56,031 bases of DNA from a virus (taxonomy: Duplodnaviria > Caudoviricetes): IMG/VR virus record IMGVR_UViG_3300025653_000045, positions 1 to 56,031 of that record; one strand, 5' to 3'. Shown one piece after another: positions 10,167 through 19,769 of this stretch. How positions within the stretch are numbered: the first letter of the stretch is position 1; the number at the start of each line of letters is the position of its first letter. The notes beneath the pieces are model-generated. The model was not told the origin of the DNA, did not search any database, and saw only the letters and a program-made list of their open reading frames with translations. A program made the position numbers and the translations under genes.

Positions 10167-10553
10167 TCAGGAGATGTTGACGTCGTCATTCACCCTAAAC
10201 GTTCCGTAAAGTAGAGTTGCTTCGTAAGGGGCGCCTCCTACAGCAGGGAAGACGTCAGCGTTGGTGTCTGTAACCTGTAGGTCGTAAACGTAAAGACCTG
10301 GCTCGATGCCGAGGGTAACCGTAGAAGTGGCCTCGATAGTAAGCTTAGAGTTAGAAGCCTCCCCGTTAGTAATGTCGTAGGTAAACGTAGCACTCAACGG
10401 AGACGCCTCTGAATCTTCTGCGACCTTCAGGATGTAAGTAGCTGAGGTGTCAAGTGGCATTGGCGTCTGAAAATCAACTACCAACTTAAACGAGTCCCCT
10501 CTCTTACACACAATGTCTAGGCGGGGCGCTATATCTAGGTTTACTTTAGCCAT
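10167..10553 (-). CDS. Putative tail-fibre attachment/BppU-like beta-sandwich protein
   Basis: Likely start ATG 10553; motifs RGDSF, GLYVYDLQV, LYGTFRV. Confidence 0.6.
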   Translation of the reverse strand: MAKVNLDIAPRLDIVCKRGDSFKLVVDFQTPMPLDTSATYILKVAEDSEASPLSATFTYDITNGEASNSKLTIEATSTVTLGIEPGLYVYDLQVTDTNADVFPAVGGAPYEATLLYGTFRVNDDVNIS

Positions 10554-10581
10554 TATCTTTTTTATGATTGTTTTTAGTGCG

Positions 10582-13053
10582 TCAAGCGCCCTGCTCAATA
10601 ATGTTTTTAACGATATCATCTACGTTTTGAGGCCCACCGACTTGAGTCTCAGGACCCTCTGTGAGCTCTGATCTCTCTCCTTTTCTCTGAGAGATAAGCT
10701 TGCTTTGCTCCACTGCTTGCTTCTCGACGCGCTCGTCCTTTCGATCCTCTTTGAGAACTTCGAGCTTCTCTTTGAACTCTTGCTCTTCTGTTCTAAATCC
10801 GAGAGTTGCTTGAGCTCTGATAAGTTCGATCTCCTTACGGAACTGGTGCTTAACCTGCTCCATCTGCATGTCGAGCTGAGCTTTCATTTGCAGTTCTTGC
10901 GCCTTAAGCTGAGCCTCCATCTGAAGCTCTTGCTGACGCGCCTGAGAAGCTGCCTGAGCTGACTGCTGCTGGATCTGAGCTTGCTGCTGAGAGTTCTGCA
11001 TAGCCATTTGCTGGGCTCTAGCCATACGCTTCGCTCTGCGAACAATGAGAAGCCTCTCGGCTTGATTCACGTCTTTAAGCTGTCGTATAGCAATGGCATC
11101 TTCGATGTCGAGTTCTTTCTGAGCAAGGGCTACCTGGATGTTCTGCTCAAGGTACTGACGCTCAGCATCCTCCATCTCTTTAACGATACGCACACCGAAG
11201 TTGTACATAGGCAGGTCATCAAATGAAGAGAGCACCTCCATGTTAGCCTCACCTACAGCGTTAGCGTATGCCTCGTAAATGACGCTACCCACTGGAAGGA
11301 TCTGCAGACACTTGACGATGTCAGAGCACACCTTCTTAAAGAGCACAATGGATGCGTGCGTCATGTCGTAGATAGCATTGTTACCAGCTGCGATTGCTTG
11401 CTGCTGAACACCCACGAGAGTATCCCCCTTAGGCGTAGAAGCATCCATCATCTCATTGATACCTGTGGTGTCTCTGATGAGGCGCAGGTAGTGGTTGTAC
11501 AACCCAATGAATTCATTGATGTTACGAACAGCATTCCCGATCTCTCTGATCGGTGGGTTTTGGAATCCACCTTCTGGGTTCTTGCTTCTGTAGTAAAATA
11601 CACCCGTTTGTTCGTAGATGTCATGGAGCTCCAATGGCTGCAACTCTCCACCCTTTCCGAGCTGGACATTCTCCAGACCTTCGATGTCAATGATGATGCC
11701 ATCTGGCTTAGCCTTAGCGATAGCCTGCTGGATCTTAAGGTGCGTAAGCTGGAGCTGGTCAGCAAACCCGATGCAGCTATTCACCATAGACTTAGGCATC
11801 ATGTTGTCCATGTTCGTTGCGACAACAGAGTAAGAGAGGTTTGCCTTTGAAAGGTCGTAGAGGTTCTTAGGGATGTTGGTCTTCATGCCGTAGCTGAAGA
11901 GCTTATCGCATCCAAGCACGTAGTAACCTCCGTAGACAGTCTCGTTCTCAAGGCACTTGACCTCACGTCTGTAAACAGAATTCTCTGGGGCCTTATAGCC
12001 TTCTTCTTTGGCATAGAAGCCTACGTTACCGTACCTGCTCTCTTTCTCTTCGAAGTACATCTTGTCAACGGACAAGAACTCGAACTCAAGAACGTCAACC
12101 ATAAACTCGTCATACCCGTAGTGACTACGATTCGTTTCGGGATCGTAGGTAGACTGAGACATTCTATGAGACTTATTCTGGCTCTTTGACTTTACTGTGT
12201 CGGCAATCTTCTTATAGTCCTCCTCGGTCAACTGATCCCCAGCCAATCTCTTAAGCTCATGGATAGGCATCCGCTTGATGTGACCTGCGTAGATCATATC
12301 CCCGAACGAAGGGTCTTTCACTTCATTGTGCACGAAGTCGATAGGGTCAACGTACTCAGTGACAATGCCGTAGTTGGGATCGTTGCTTCTTTTGACAACA
12401 GCCATGCCGAGATCTACGATATCCTTTACGGATCTCCTGTAGATAGAATCGTGGAAGTCATTCCACTGAAGCGTCATGTTGGTTGCGATCTGAGCAGCGA
12501 TCTCAGAAGAGGACTTGATATTGTTCCCCATAAAGATCTCCGCCTCCTCAAGAGTATCTGGCAGGGATTCGACATTAGCTACGTCTACACCAGTCTTGTC
12601 CTTGATGTCTTTGAGATCCTTCTTGGCTTCGATGAGAGCCTCCATCTTCTTGCGCTCTCTATCCTTTTCAGAAGAAGAGAGAGGATCGACGGCCTCTAGG
12701 TTTGGGTACGGTTCTCTAGAGAGAATCTTGTTCACTACAATTCTAGCGAACTTCGGGAGTATAGGTACTGGAGTAAAATCCAGGTTAAGGAAGCTGCCAT
12801 CCCCGTTGTTGGGGTCCATGCTAGTCAGGAGCTGACGATAGATAGCGGTGTCTTGAGTTCCGTTAGCGTAAGCTCGGTTCTTAAGGAAGGTATCCCTTCT
12901 GCGCCTCATCAGGGTGTTCTCCCTATCGAGAGTTCCCCACTGATTCTCAATAGCCTTCGCATACTGAAGGCCATAGGAGTTGCTTTCTTTGACCTCTCTT
13001 GTTTCAAGAGGACTGGGAAATCCTTTTTTAGTTGGTTTATTGTCCCCGTACAT
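10582..13053 (-). CDS. Portal protein
   Basis: 823 aa directly downstream of TerL, C-terminal Q-rich coiled coil, crAss-like portal size and pattern. Confidence 0.85.
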   Translation of the reverse strand: MYGDNKPTKKGFPSPLETREVKESNSYGLQYAKAIENQWGTLDRENTLMRRRRDTFLKNRAYANGTQDTAIYRQLLTSMDPNNGDGSFLNLDFTPVPILPKFARIVVNKILSREPYPNLEAVDPLSSSEKDRERKKMEALIEAKKDLKDIKDKTGVDVANVESLPDTLEEAEIFMGNNIKSSSEIAAQIATNMTLQWNDFHDSIYRRSVKDIVDLGMAVVKRSNDPNYGIVTEYVDPIDFVHNEVKDPSFGDMIYAGHIKRMPIHELKRLAGDQLTEEDYKKIADTVKSKSQNKSHRMSQSTYDPETNRSHYGYDEFMVDVLEFEFLSVDKMYFEEKESRYGNVGFYAKEEGYKAPENSVYRREVKCLENETVYGGYYVLGCDKLFSYGMKTNIPKNLYDLSKANLSYSVVATNMDNMMPKSMVNSCIGFADQLQLTHLKIQQAIAKAKPDGIIIDIEGLENVQLGKGGELQPLELHDIYEQTGVFYYRSKNPEGGFQNPPIREIGNAVRNINEFIGLYNHYLRLIRDTTGINEMMDASTPKGDTLVGVQQQAIAAGNNAIYDMTHASIVLFKKVCSDIVKCLQILPVGSVIYEAYANAVGEANMEVLSSFDDLPMYNFGVRIVKEMEDAERQYLEQNIQVALAQKELDIEDAIAIRQLKDVNQAERLLIVRRAKRMARAQQMAMQNSQQQAQIQQQSAQAASQARQQELQMEAQLKAQELQMKAQLDMQMEQVKHQFRKEIELIRAQATLGFRTEEQEFKEKLEVLKEDRKDERVEKQAVEQSKLISQRKGERSELTEGPETQVGGPQNVDDIVKNIIEQGA

Positions 13054-13058
13054 TAGCG

Positions 13059-13066
13059 CAAATATA
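13059..13066 (-). promoter_or_regulatory. -7 promoter element TATATTTG
   Basis: 5 nt before the portal ATG at 13053. Confidence 0.7.
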
Positions 13067-13072
13067 CTAAAA

Positions 13073-15199
13073 TTACGAGTGCCAGTGTTTTATCTTATGC
13101 TGCCTAAAGAATTTCTTCTCGTTGAAGTTAGACTTGGGTTTCTCCGCTTTGACTTTTTGTGATCCAAGAAGAGCCAGTCCCGAGCTAATGGTCAAGTCAA
13201 ACTTGGTTCTGTTTGAGATCTTATAGCCTATCCAATCCTCAAGAGTTCTGTTAAGATACATCTTACCCATCTCCCCTGTCTCTGAGTTCTCTCCTACGTG
13301 ATCGTGGATATAAGTCTCAATGGCTTGCGCGTGAGATTGAATTACGTCTTGCGAGTTCGAAGGGATGCCTTTCGTCTTGACATTCGCCTTAGAACTAGAA
13401 GAGGCTAAGTGGGCTGGCCTATCCATTAAGTAGCCATCGTAACCTCTTGACTCAAAGTATCTTACGATGCCGTACTTATTGTTTTCCACGAGGAGTGGAT
13501 AGCCGTAGTAGAAGGCACACATAAGGACGTCTTCGTAGAAAATGCTGGCGAGGTCAGGTCGGGAAGCATACTCAACAACGAACATGTTTGCGGGGGCGTG
13601 CATGTTGAACTTGTTGTACATATGTAAAGCTCCTTTGGACCCCCTTCCGTCAACAGTTTGATCGAGGTCATAAGAGTCAACACCGCCACAACCAATGTGG
13701 CTATTCCCAGGTTTTTTCTTTCCGCGTTCATCGATGAATTTGTTTCTGTCTGCAGCGGCAGGCTGCCAAGCTACGTGGAACCTACCGTTAGGATCAGGAG
13801 AGAATATAACCTCTTTGTCCTTCTCCTTCCACATGAAGTTACCCCTGACCACAGGGTTTGGATACAGGTCGTTGTTGTGATCTATCTGCTGGTAGATCTT
13901 GCCCACATTGAACAGGCTCCCCTCGATGCTATCCCTGAAAGCCTCTTCCTCTGTAAAGGGGAACTGCCTGACAACTTCGTTCAGTTCAGAGGCGTCATCC
14001 TTGAGGCTGTCTCTCTCATTCTTCAGGTACGTCTTCGCCCCAGTTTCGATGAGCTCACCGTCGATACCTTCAACGGGATTGTCAGGGTCTTCGGTAACGG
14101 GATTACCATAGCGATCAAAGAAACCTTCGAGGGCATCGTAAGCTGGTATAAAGATGCGATAGAGTCCGCTTTTAGTCCTACCATTTGCATTGCGTTCATT
14201 CGGATTAGAGTCTTCCCAAAGGACTTTGTACTCGTTTCCGCCCTTGTCCATTGGGTTTACCGTACTCCCTACAAGAGCCTTGCCAACCACCTTTTTACCG
14301 ACAATAAGGCAGGTTCTTTCAATTCGCCATGCCTCTCGTATGTCAACTGGCTTCTCCCATTTACCCGCCTCATCCAGGTATAGCATGTGTAGCTTCTCCC
14401 CGTCGTATGCGTTATTCGTGGTATTCTTCCAGTTGATGATCGTGTTCAGAGCGTCACCTTTGTATGACGTCTTGTTATTCTTCGTAATTCGCTTGGATGG
14501 TTCGCGGAAAGCCAACTCCATGCGCGGGTTAGTTGTACCATCTTGGATGGGTTTGAAAAAGAACGGGTATGACTTGAAGATCGGAACGACCTTCTTCATG
14601 AAAATGTTCTCTTGAGAATCCTTACCAGTCTTCGACTGAATCCCAAGAAGCTTGTCTTTAACCTGCGTAGCTTCGTCAACAAGAACAGAAGAACAGATAT
14701 TAGTATACCCAGAACGGCGACACTTAGTATAAAGCTGACCGACACAACGGGGATCAGCTTCGCACGCAGCCATGTGGATAAAGATTTCACGTTGGAACGC
14801 AAGATAATACGGGGCGCCGATATCGATGTTGGACCATTGTAAGAGCATGTAGTGCCTTCCCGTAATATACGTAGGGACGCCATGATTGTAAAACCAAACA
14901 CCGTTGCGCCTGCGCTCAAACTCCTTCTCGATGTAACCAGAAAACTTCTTTCTAAACTCGGGAGGGTTCTCGAACCACTCATCCATACTTCTAACCATTT
15001 GCAGCTCTTTGGGCATAGGAATGCGTCGCCACATCTGCATAGCCTTTGGCTGGTCATGGAAGAGTATTTCAGATCGCTTTGGTTTTTTCGGGAGGACAAC
15101 AAGAAGCCCATGGAGTTCAATAGCCTCACCTTCCGAACCGTTAGGGTCGATCTTAATCCCTTTATCTTCGTATCCATCTATGTCTACGAGAACAGACAT
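13073..15199 (-). CDS. terL: Terminase large subunit
   Basis: Walker A-like KCRRSGYT, Walker B LYLDEAGKW, motif III GST, RNase H-like GGVDSYD and C-terminal FD. Confidence 0.92.
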   Translation of the reverse strand: MSVLVDIDGYEDKGIKIDPNGSEGEAIELHGLLVVLPKKPKRSEILFHDQPKAMQMWRRIPMPKELQMVRSMDEWFENPPEFRKKFSGYIEKEFERRRNGVWFYNHGVPTYITGRHYMLLQWSNIDIGAPYYLAFQREIFIHMAACEADPRCVGQLYTKCRRSGYTNICSSVLVDEATQVKDKLLGIQSKTGKDSQENIFMKKVVPIFKSYPFFFKPIQDGTTNPRMELAFREPSKRITKNNKTSYKGDALNTIINWKNTTNNAYDGEKLHMLYLDEAGKWEKPVDIREAWRIERTCLIVGKKVVGKALVGSTVNPMDKGGNEYKVLWEDSNPNERNANGRTKSGLYRIFIPAYDALEGFFDRYGNPVTEDPDNPVEGIDGELIETGAKTYLKNERDSLKDDASELNEVVRQFPFTEEEAFRDSIEGSLFNVGKIYQQIDHNNDLYPNPVVRGNFMWKEKDKEVIFSPDPNGRFHVAWQPAAADRNKFIDERGKKKPGNSHIGCGGVDSYDLDQTVDGRGSKGALHMYNKFNMHAPANMFVVEYASRPDLASIFYEDVLMCAFYYGYPLLVENNKYGIVRYFESRGYDGYLMDRPAHLASSSSKANVKTKGIPSNSQDVIQSHAQAIETYIHDHVGENSETGEMGKMYLNRTLEDWIGYKISNRTKFDLTISSGLALLGSQKVKAEKPKSNFNEKKFFRQHKIKHWHS

Positions 15200-15387
15200 C
15201 AGTAGCTTCTGCCGAGACTATCCATTCGACCAAGCTTAGGTGCCCCTGTCTTTGGGTTCTTAAGCTCCATGTACTTTCCGCACGGACACTTGATGTCGTG
15301 GTAAGCGCCGTCTTCACCAAACCTGATGGTGACTCCGCTCTTGTTTTCTTCGTGTGCTTCTTCGCACTTGCAAATGTATTCTGCCAT
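15199..15387 (-). CDS. Small zinc-ribbon protein
   Basis: Start moved to ATG 15387 (upstream part is a tRNA); CxC..H and CPCG motifs. Confidence 0.65.
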   Translation of the reverse strand: MAEYICKCEEAHEENKSGVTIRFGEDGAYHDIKCPCGKYMELKNPKTGAPKLGRMDSLGRSY

Positions 15388-15401
15388 GGTTGTAAATTTA
15401 G

Positions 15402-15475
15402 TACCCCCGACAGGATTCGAACCTGTGACCGTTTGCTTAGAAGGCAAATGCTCTATCCAACTGAGCTACGAGGGC
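15402..15475 (-). tRNA. tRNA-Arg(UCU)
   Basis: GCCCTCG acceptor, D arm GCTC-AGTTGGATA-GAGC, anticodon arm TTTGC-CTTCTAA-GCAAA, T arm ACAGG-TTCGAAT-CCTGT; no encoded CCA. Confidence 0.95.
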
Positions 15476-15476
15476 A

Positions 15477-15556
15477 TGGTCGGCGAGGCGGGGCTTGAAC
15501 CCGCATGTGACCGATTACTCTTTCTACAAGGTATAAGCTTGAGGAGATACTCGCCG
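15477..15556 (-). tRNA. Non-canonical tRNA-like RNA with UAU (Ile) anticodon loop
   Basis: Acceptor CGGCGAG/CTCGCCG + A + CCA, T arm GCGGG-TTCAAGC-CCCGC, hairpin CAAG-CTTATAC-CTTG; no D arm at the normal position. Confidence 0.7.
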
Positions 15557-15557
15557 A

Positions 15558-15866
15558 TTACTCATCATCCATTGAGTCGTATTCGCTGATATCTACTTTG
15601 TAGGCTTCGTCCATTCCGTGTAGATCGATAAGCGTGTGGCATGCTTTGGTTGCTTCTATGTAGTATTCTTTTACTGTTTGATCTGGTTTCTTGTTTCTGA
15701 GCTTCTCTATCCTACATATATCAGGCCTGTCTTCGTGTATGGAGCACAGGTTCCCGACGAGGTGTGCGCAGCTACCGTCAGCTTTGGATGGCAGACCGTG
15801 GACCTCTGGGTCCATCATGCCTACTGACCTGCAACACGCTGAGCACTGAGAACAGATGAACTTCAT
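15558..15866 (-). CDS. YkgJ-family cysteine-cluster protein
   Basis: CxxCxxCC ... CxxL ... CSIHEDRPDICR pattern. Confidence 0.85.
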   Translation of the reverse strand: MKFICSQCSACCRSVGMMDPEVHGLPSKADGSCAHLVGNLCSIHEDRPDICRIEKLRNKKPDQTVKEYYIEATKACHTLIDLHGMDEAYKVDISEYDSMDDE

Positions 15867-15959
15867 CAGCTTTCGTACTCACCATTCCACATGTCTTCCC
15901 AAAACTTATATCTCTTTACGTCGTCTTCGGTGATCGTCATGTTCTTCCACCAGTACTGT

Positions 15960-16286
15960 TTACTTTGAGAATCTTTCTGCGAATCCTCCTGAGTAGTCTT
16001 TGTCTTCTTCGATTTGGCCATTGTCTCTTAATTGTTTTACCATCTGCTCTAGCTTCTGTCGCTCAATGATGAGCTCCTTGCAATCTATTGCGGTTTGTTT
16101 AATTGATTGTAGTTCTGCTTTTCTAGCTGATCCACCAGCTTCTGGATCTACAGGCTTCTTGATCTCATCGATCATGTTATCGATAGCCACCTGCATGCTG
16201 TTCATCAGGCGCTCGGCTGCGTTTACCGTCTCAAACTTCTGCGTAGTCGAGGTAGTCTTGGGGGATGCGGATGTATTCTTTGCCAT
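15960..16286 (-). CDS. Helical protein, candidate terminase small subunit
   Basis: Coiled-coil protein ending GFAERFSK, upstream of TerL; start uncertain; function inferred from position only. Confidence 0.4.
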   Translation of the reverse strand: MAKNTSASPKTTSTTQKFETVNAAERLMNSMQVAIDNMIDEIKKPVDPEAGGSARKAELQSIKQTAIDCKELIIERQKLEQMVKQLRDNGQIEEDKDYSGGFAERFSK

Positions 16287-16821
16287 CGATTTTGAATCTG
16301 TAGTCAATGCCTTTCTTGAATCCGACAACGTCGCCAACCTTCAGGCCTAGTTCTTGCATGCCAGGGCTATCAAAAGCAACACGAGCTGTCTTGGTGGGTG
16401 CTTCTTTAAGCTTCACGAGTACGATCTCGTCCTTACCCTTCTCCTCTTCCTCTGGCTTATCTAAGTCTTCGAGGATTGCCCATCCGCCAAGAGGGATTAC
16501 TTCGTCGGTATCTTTCTTCTTGCACGCAATCGCTTGGTTGGCCACGGTGCTTTCGTCGTTCCAGCGGATGAGATAATGGTTCTCATGACCAGTGAGCGGC
16601 TGCCCACCATTGATCACGACGTGATGGTGGAAGTACAGCGTGTCGCCCTCTTCGACTCCAGTGTCGTATTTGAAGGGGGTGGAGACCACAGGGCCTTCGT
16701 TCACCCTGTTCTCGAACTCCTTGAACCGATTGTCGACGTACAGTTCCAGGCCACCCTTGGTGGTGACTGTGTCATTAATCGGCTTGTCGATTTCTACGAC
16801 AAACAGATCAAATGTTCGCAT
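16231..16821 (-). CDS. GroES-like co-chaperonin with two tandem domains
   Basis: TKGGLEL..GPVVSTP..VEEGDTLYF and PLGGWAIL..LKVGDVVGF..IDGKEYIRI resemble Cpn10 folds. Confidence 0.7.
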   Translation of the reverse strand: MRTFDLFVVEIDKPINDTVTTKGGLELYVDNRFKEFENRVNEGPVVSTPFKYDTGVEEGDTLYFHHHVVINGGQPLTGHENHYLIRWNDESTVANQAIACKKKDTDEVIPLGGWAILEDLDKPEEEEKGKDEIVLVKLKEAPTKTARVAFDSPGMQELGLKVGDVVGFKKGIDYRFKIDGKEYIRIPQDYLDYAEV

Positions 16822-16823
16822 AG

Positions 16824-17063
16824 TTAAAAGTTTAAGTCGTATTCAATTATAGTAGGCATCTGGTTTATGCTCTTCCAGAGAAACGTCTCGTTCTCTTTCT
16901 CTACATACACCAAGTACCTAGTTGTTCCAAATTTATGAAGAAATTCTGTATCTAGAGCGATAGCAGACACTTTTCCATCACCAGCTCTCATGCCGATGTA
17001 GTAGGCCATTCCATTCTTGGGATCGTGGCCTATGACGATCTTTCTTACGTATCCTTCTTGCAT
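16824..17063 (-). CDS. Hypothetical protein
   Basis: 79 aa, tightly coupled to neighbours. Confidence 0.7.
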   Translation of the reverse strand: MQEGYVRKIVIGHDPKNGMAYYIGMRAGDGKVSAIALDTEFLHKFGTTRYLVYVEKENETFLWKSINQMPTIIEYDLNF

Positions 17064-17362
17064 TAGTTTAGAGATATGCCGAGGTCTCCCAGCATGTCTC
17101 TAAGGTCGTTGTCTGTGTTGTCTTCATAGGTCTCCCTCATGAGATCGACTACGATGTCGAGCTCGTCTTTAGAGTCTAGGTTGTAACTAAACAGCGACTT
17201 CATCTCTACTGATTCGTCTTCGGCGGATTCAATTTCATCCATGAGTCCTACGACGATAGCTGACATGATTCTATTCTCGTACCCTCTCTCTTTAACCAAG
17301 TTCTCGATTTCGAGTATCTTAGTGTAAAGCTCTGACAGGAATTCAACATCTTCGTAGTTCAT
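17063..17362 (-). CDS. Acidic hypothetical protein
   Basis: 99 aa, stop overlaps the next start. Confidence 0.7.
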   Translation of the reverse strand: MNYEDVEFLSELYTKILEIENLVKERGYENRIMSAIVVGLMDEIESAEDESVEMKSLFSYNLDSKDELDIVVDLMRETYEDNTDNDLRDMLGDLGISLN

Positions 17363-17394
17363 AGCTTATTTTTGTCTAAGATACAAATTATTTC

Positions 17395-17817
17395 ATGCCC
17401 AAAACGAAAGTTCGAAAGAAGAGATTGTTCAGGGAGGTGTCGTTCCTCGACGACAGGTACATCAACAACAACTACTTAAAGCATCTCAGGTCCACCCGCA
17501 CTATGTTCTGCGAGGACAACGGCATATCTTTCAGCCACCTTGAGTTCCTGCTGTGGGCGTATGACAAAGAGTTCTGGACCATTAACTACGCAGCAGACGA
17601 GTACGGGTTCAATAAGAAGAACTTCGGCAACCGCATTCTGTTCCCCTTGCAACGGGCTGAGCTCGTATACAAGCACTTCGATAAGCTGACCCCCTCTAGC
17701 ACAAGAGAGGATCACTTGTTTCGTGATGAGACCAAGATGAACTATAGAGTACGCTATGCTATAACGCAAAAAGCCCGCATGTTGGTGCAGGCCTTTTACA
17801 GAAGACTAGAGTCTTAA
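17395..17817 (+). CDS. Putative winged-helix (MarR-like) transcription regulator
   Basis: ISFSHLEFLLW...LQRAELV...YAITQKARMLV pattern; divergent from the terminase operon. Confidence 0.55.
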   Translation: MPKTKVRKKRLFREVSFLDDRYINNNYLKHLRSTRTMFCEDNGISFSHLEFLLWAYDKEFWTINYAADEYGFNKKNFGNRILFPLQRAELVYKHFDKLTPSSTREDHLFRDETKMNYRVRYAITQKARMLVQAFYRRLES

Positions 17818-18284
17818 GTGAACATCACTTTGTAGACGACCTGGCCTTTATCATCCCGAACAGCTTTGAGAACACGACCACGATTATCGCCATCATGGAC
17901 GTAGCTAACGTGAACCCAATCAGGATTGTCTTCGTCACCAAACTCCCAAATGAGCTGATCAAATTCGATGCAGTTGAGTATATAGCGGAAGATGTCACCG
18001 TTTGTCGTACCTCCGAAAACGTCTGCGTCCAGGTCGAGTGCTCTTCCTTGAATATGCTGGCTACGGCTTGAGCCGCCGATCGCAGTGTTGAGCTCAAGCG
18101 AACGATACCCGCTCGACACGTATATAGGAACTCCGAGACCTTCCCTAAGAGGTTGAAATACGTATCGCGCAAGCTGTCTAAGATTCTCTGTTTCCCATTC
18201 ATCTGGTGTGTTGTTTATGCCGAGCCTCGATGCGGTGATGCTTTTGGTACACTCTCTAAGCGTCAGGTTTTCAGATAGTTGCAT
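17814..18284 (-). CDS. Peptidase M15A-family endolysin
   Basis: SGYRS..N..IGG..SQHxxGxAxD and WVHVS zinc-ligand motifs. Confidence 0.88.
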   Translation of the reverse strand: MQLSENLTLRECTKSITASRLGINNTPDEWETENLRQLARYVFQPLREGLGVPIYVSSGYRSLELNTAIGGSSRSQHIQGRALDLDADVFGGTTNGDIFRYILNCIEFDQLIWEFGDEDNPDWVHVSYVHDGDNRGRVLKAVRDDKGQVVYKVMFT

Positions 18285-18385
18285 TTTTTTTGAAATTTTC
18301 TTGCCGAAATGTTTGGAGGTAATTGTTTTTCCTCCTTACAATGAGATCAGCAACGAACAAATTTACAAAATTCAAATCAACAATC

Positions 18386-18724
18386 ATGCGTAATTACATT
18401 GCAACTTTCGCTTTCCTCTTGTCTTGCATCACTTGCGTCGCTCAAGGCGACGTGACACTGTTCACTTACATCTACGACGACGTTTCGATCATGCCTATGG
18501 AGGGGGCACACGTAACTCTGCAGTCCTCTTTCGGGGTGACTCGGGTTGAATCAGCAGACATGGACGGAACGTGTCGCTTCGACGACATCATTTCAGGCCA
18601 GCAATACACAGCCATTGTGTCGATGGACGGATTCTCTGGTCAGAGCTTTTCTTTCGTAGCGCCCCAGGACGACGAAGACATCGTTATGGGTGTGGAGTTC
18701 TTCTTGACAAGGGAGGAGGATTAA
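18386..18724 (+). CDS. Secreted protein with carboxypeptidase-regulatory-like beta-sandwich domain
   Basis: Signal peptide ending VA|Q; PMEGAHVTL..ADMDGTCRF..YTAIVSMDGF motif. Confidence 0.7.
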   Translation: MRNYIATFAFLLSCITCVAQGDVTLFTYIYDDVSIMPMEGAHVTLQSSFGVTRVESADMDGTCRFDDIISGQQYTAIVSMDGFSGQSFSFVAPQDDEDIVMGVEFFLTREED

Positions 18725-19752
18725 GATCCTCTCCCTATTCTTCTGTGCTGACCTGGGGTGAACAAAGGCCTCATTTTGTTTGGAGCGTTACTACCCCTTG
18801 AGTACCTTGTTACACTTCTAGGTTCGGGCTTAGGAAAGTTAAACTCTGGCCAGTTGAGGTTAATCTTTCGATTTCTGTTGCGAGGAGGCCTTCCCTTTCT
18901 GAAGTCGTCGTCATCGCCCTCAGGATCCTCTCCTCTTATGAACTTGGGTCTGGTTGTGATTTTTGAGCTGGAACCTCTCTGATCGCCTTGACGACCGTAG
19001 TATACGGAAAGAACCTGTCCAAGGTCGGCCTCGCTGATATCTCCTTCCTCCATCATGTCGTATATCTCAGCAGGAAGCGTAATGACGTTAGGGTTCATAA
19101 TTCCCTTCTCCTCGTCGTAGCCTCCTAGCTCAACGCCTTCCAGCGTAAATCTCTCTCCGTCAACCTCGAAGTTCATAGGTTGAGCAAGTCTTGGGTCATC
19201 AAGAGATCTTCCGATTCCCCGACCTTCAATGGCCGCCACTCTTTCTTCTCTTCTGTCATCAGCCCCGCGAACAGCAACGAAGTCCTCAGCGATGTCTTCT
19301 GGGTAGACCTCTGGTGTCTCGATCGCTTCAAGCGTTCTGAGAAGGTCCCCAACCTTTCTCATCTTCTTACCTTCTGGAGTCCTAAGCTCGCCTCCATTTC
19401 CTGAAGTTCCATTCTTATCTTTCTCTGTTTGCAAGAGATCTGAATCTTCTGCATAGATCATCCCTCCAGTACGGTACTTCTTGACCATAGCTCCGTACTC
19501 AGCCTGAGGCACTTCGATATTCTGATTTGCATTACGACGCTGTCGCAAATGCTCTCCGAGCATACCCATCAGACCAGCGCCAGACATTTTTGAGAAGAGT
19601 CCAGCTCCTTTATTGCCGATCGCTTTATTCAGAAGCATGCCTCCGCCCAGACCGATAGCCTTGGCCATTCCAGGTCTCTTTTCAGCGAATCCCTTCGCTT
19701 TATCTACGAGACCGCCCAGGAACATATTGTCGTAATTTTTTTGTGCTCTCAT
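18721..19752 (-). CDS. Hypothetical protein, probably virion-associated
   Basis: 343 aa; TATATTTG 4 nt before its ATG. Confidence 0.7.
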   Translation of the reverse strand: MRAQKNYDNMFLGGLVDKAKGFAEKRPGMAKAIGLGGGMLLNKAIGNKGAGLFSKMSGAGLMGMLGEHLRQRRNANQNIEVPQAEYGAMVKKYRTGGMIYAEDSDLLQTEKDKNGTSGNGGELRTPEGKKMRKVGDLLRTLEAIETPEVYPEDIAEDFVAVRGADDRREERVAAIEGRGIGRSLDDPRLAQPMNFEVDGERFTLEGVELGGYDEEKGIMNPNVITLPAEIYDMMEEGDISEADLGQVLSVYYGRQGDQRGSSSKITTRPKFIRGEDPEGDDDDFRKGRPPRNRNRKINLNWPEFNFPKPEPRSVTRYSRGSNAPNKMRPLFTPGQHRRIGRGS

Positions 19753-19756
19753 GATG

Positions 19757-19764
19757 CAAATATA
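19757..19764 (-). promoter_or_regulatory. -7 promoter element TATATTTG
   Basis: 4 nt before ATG 19752. Confidence 0.7.
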
Positions 19765-19769
19765 AGCGT

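Noticed and set aside
11474-11495. Other CTGATGA occurrences (also near 33532 and 37492) as hammerheads
   Set aside because: No stem II followed by GAAA and no stem I/III pairing seen; all lie within coding regions.
13658-14383. Long antisense ORFs (also 35360-36115, 38870-39493 and others)
   Set aside because: Shadows of well-supported genes on the opposite strand, with no recognisable motifs.
15402-15475. Suppressor tRNA or stop-codon reassignment as in some crAss-like phages
   Set aside because: The 7-nt loop CTTCTAA centres on TCT (Arg), and long genes are intact in the standard code.
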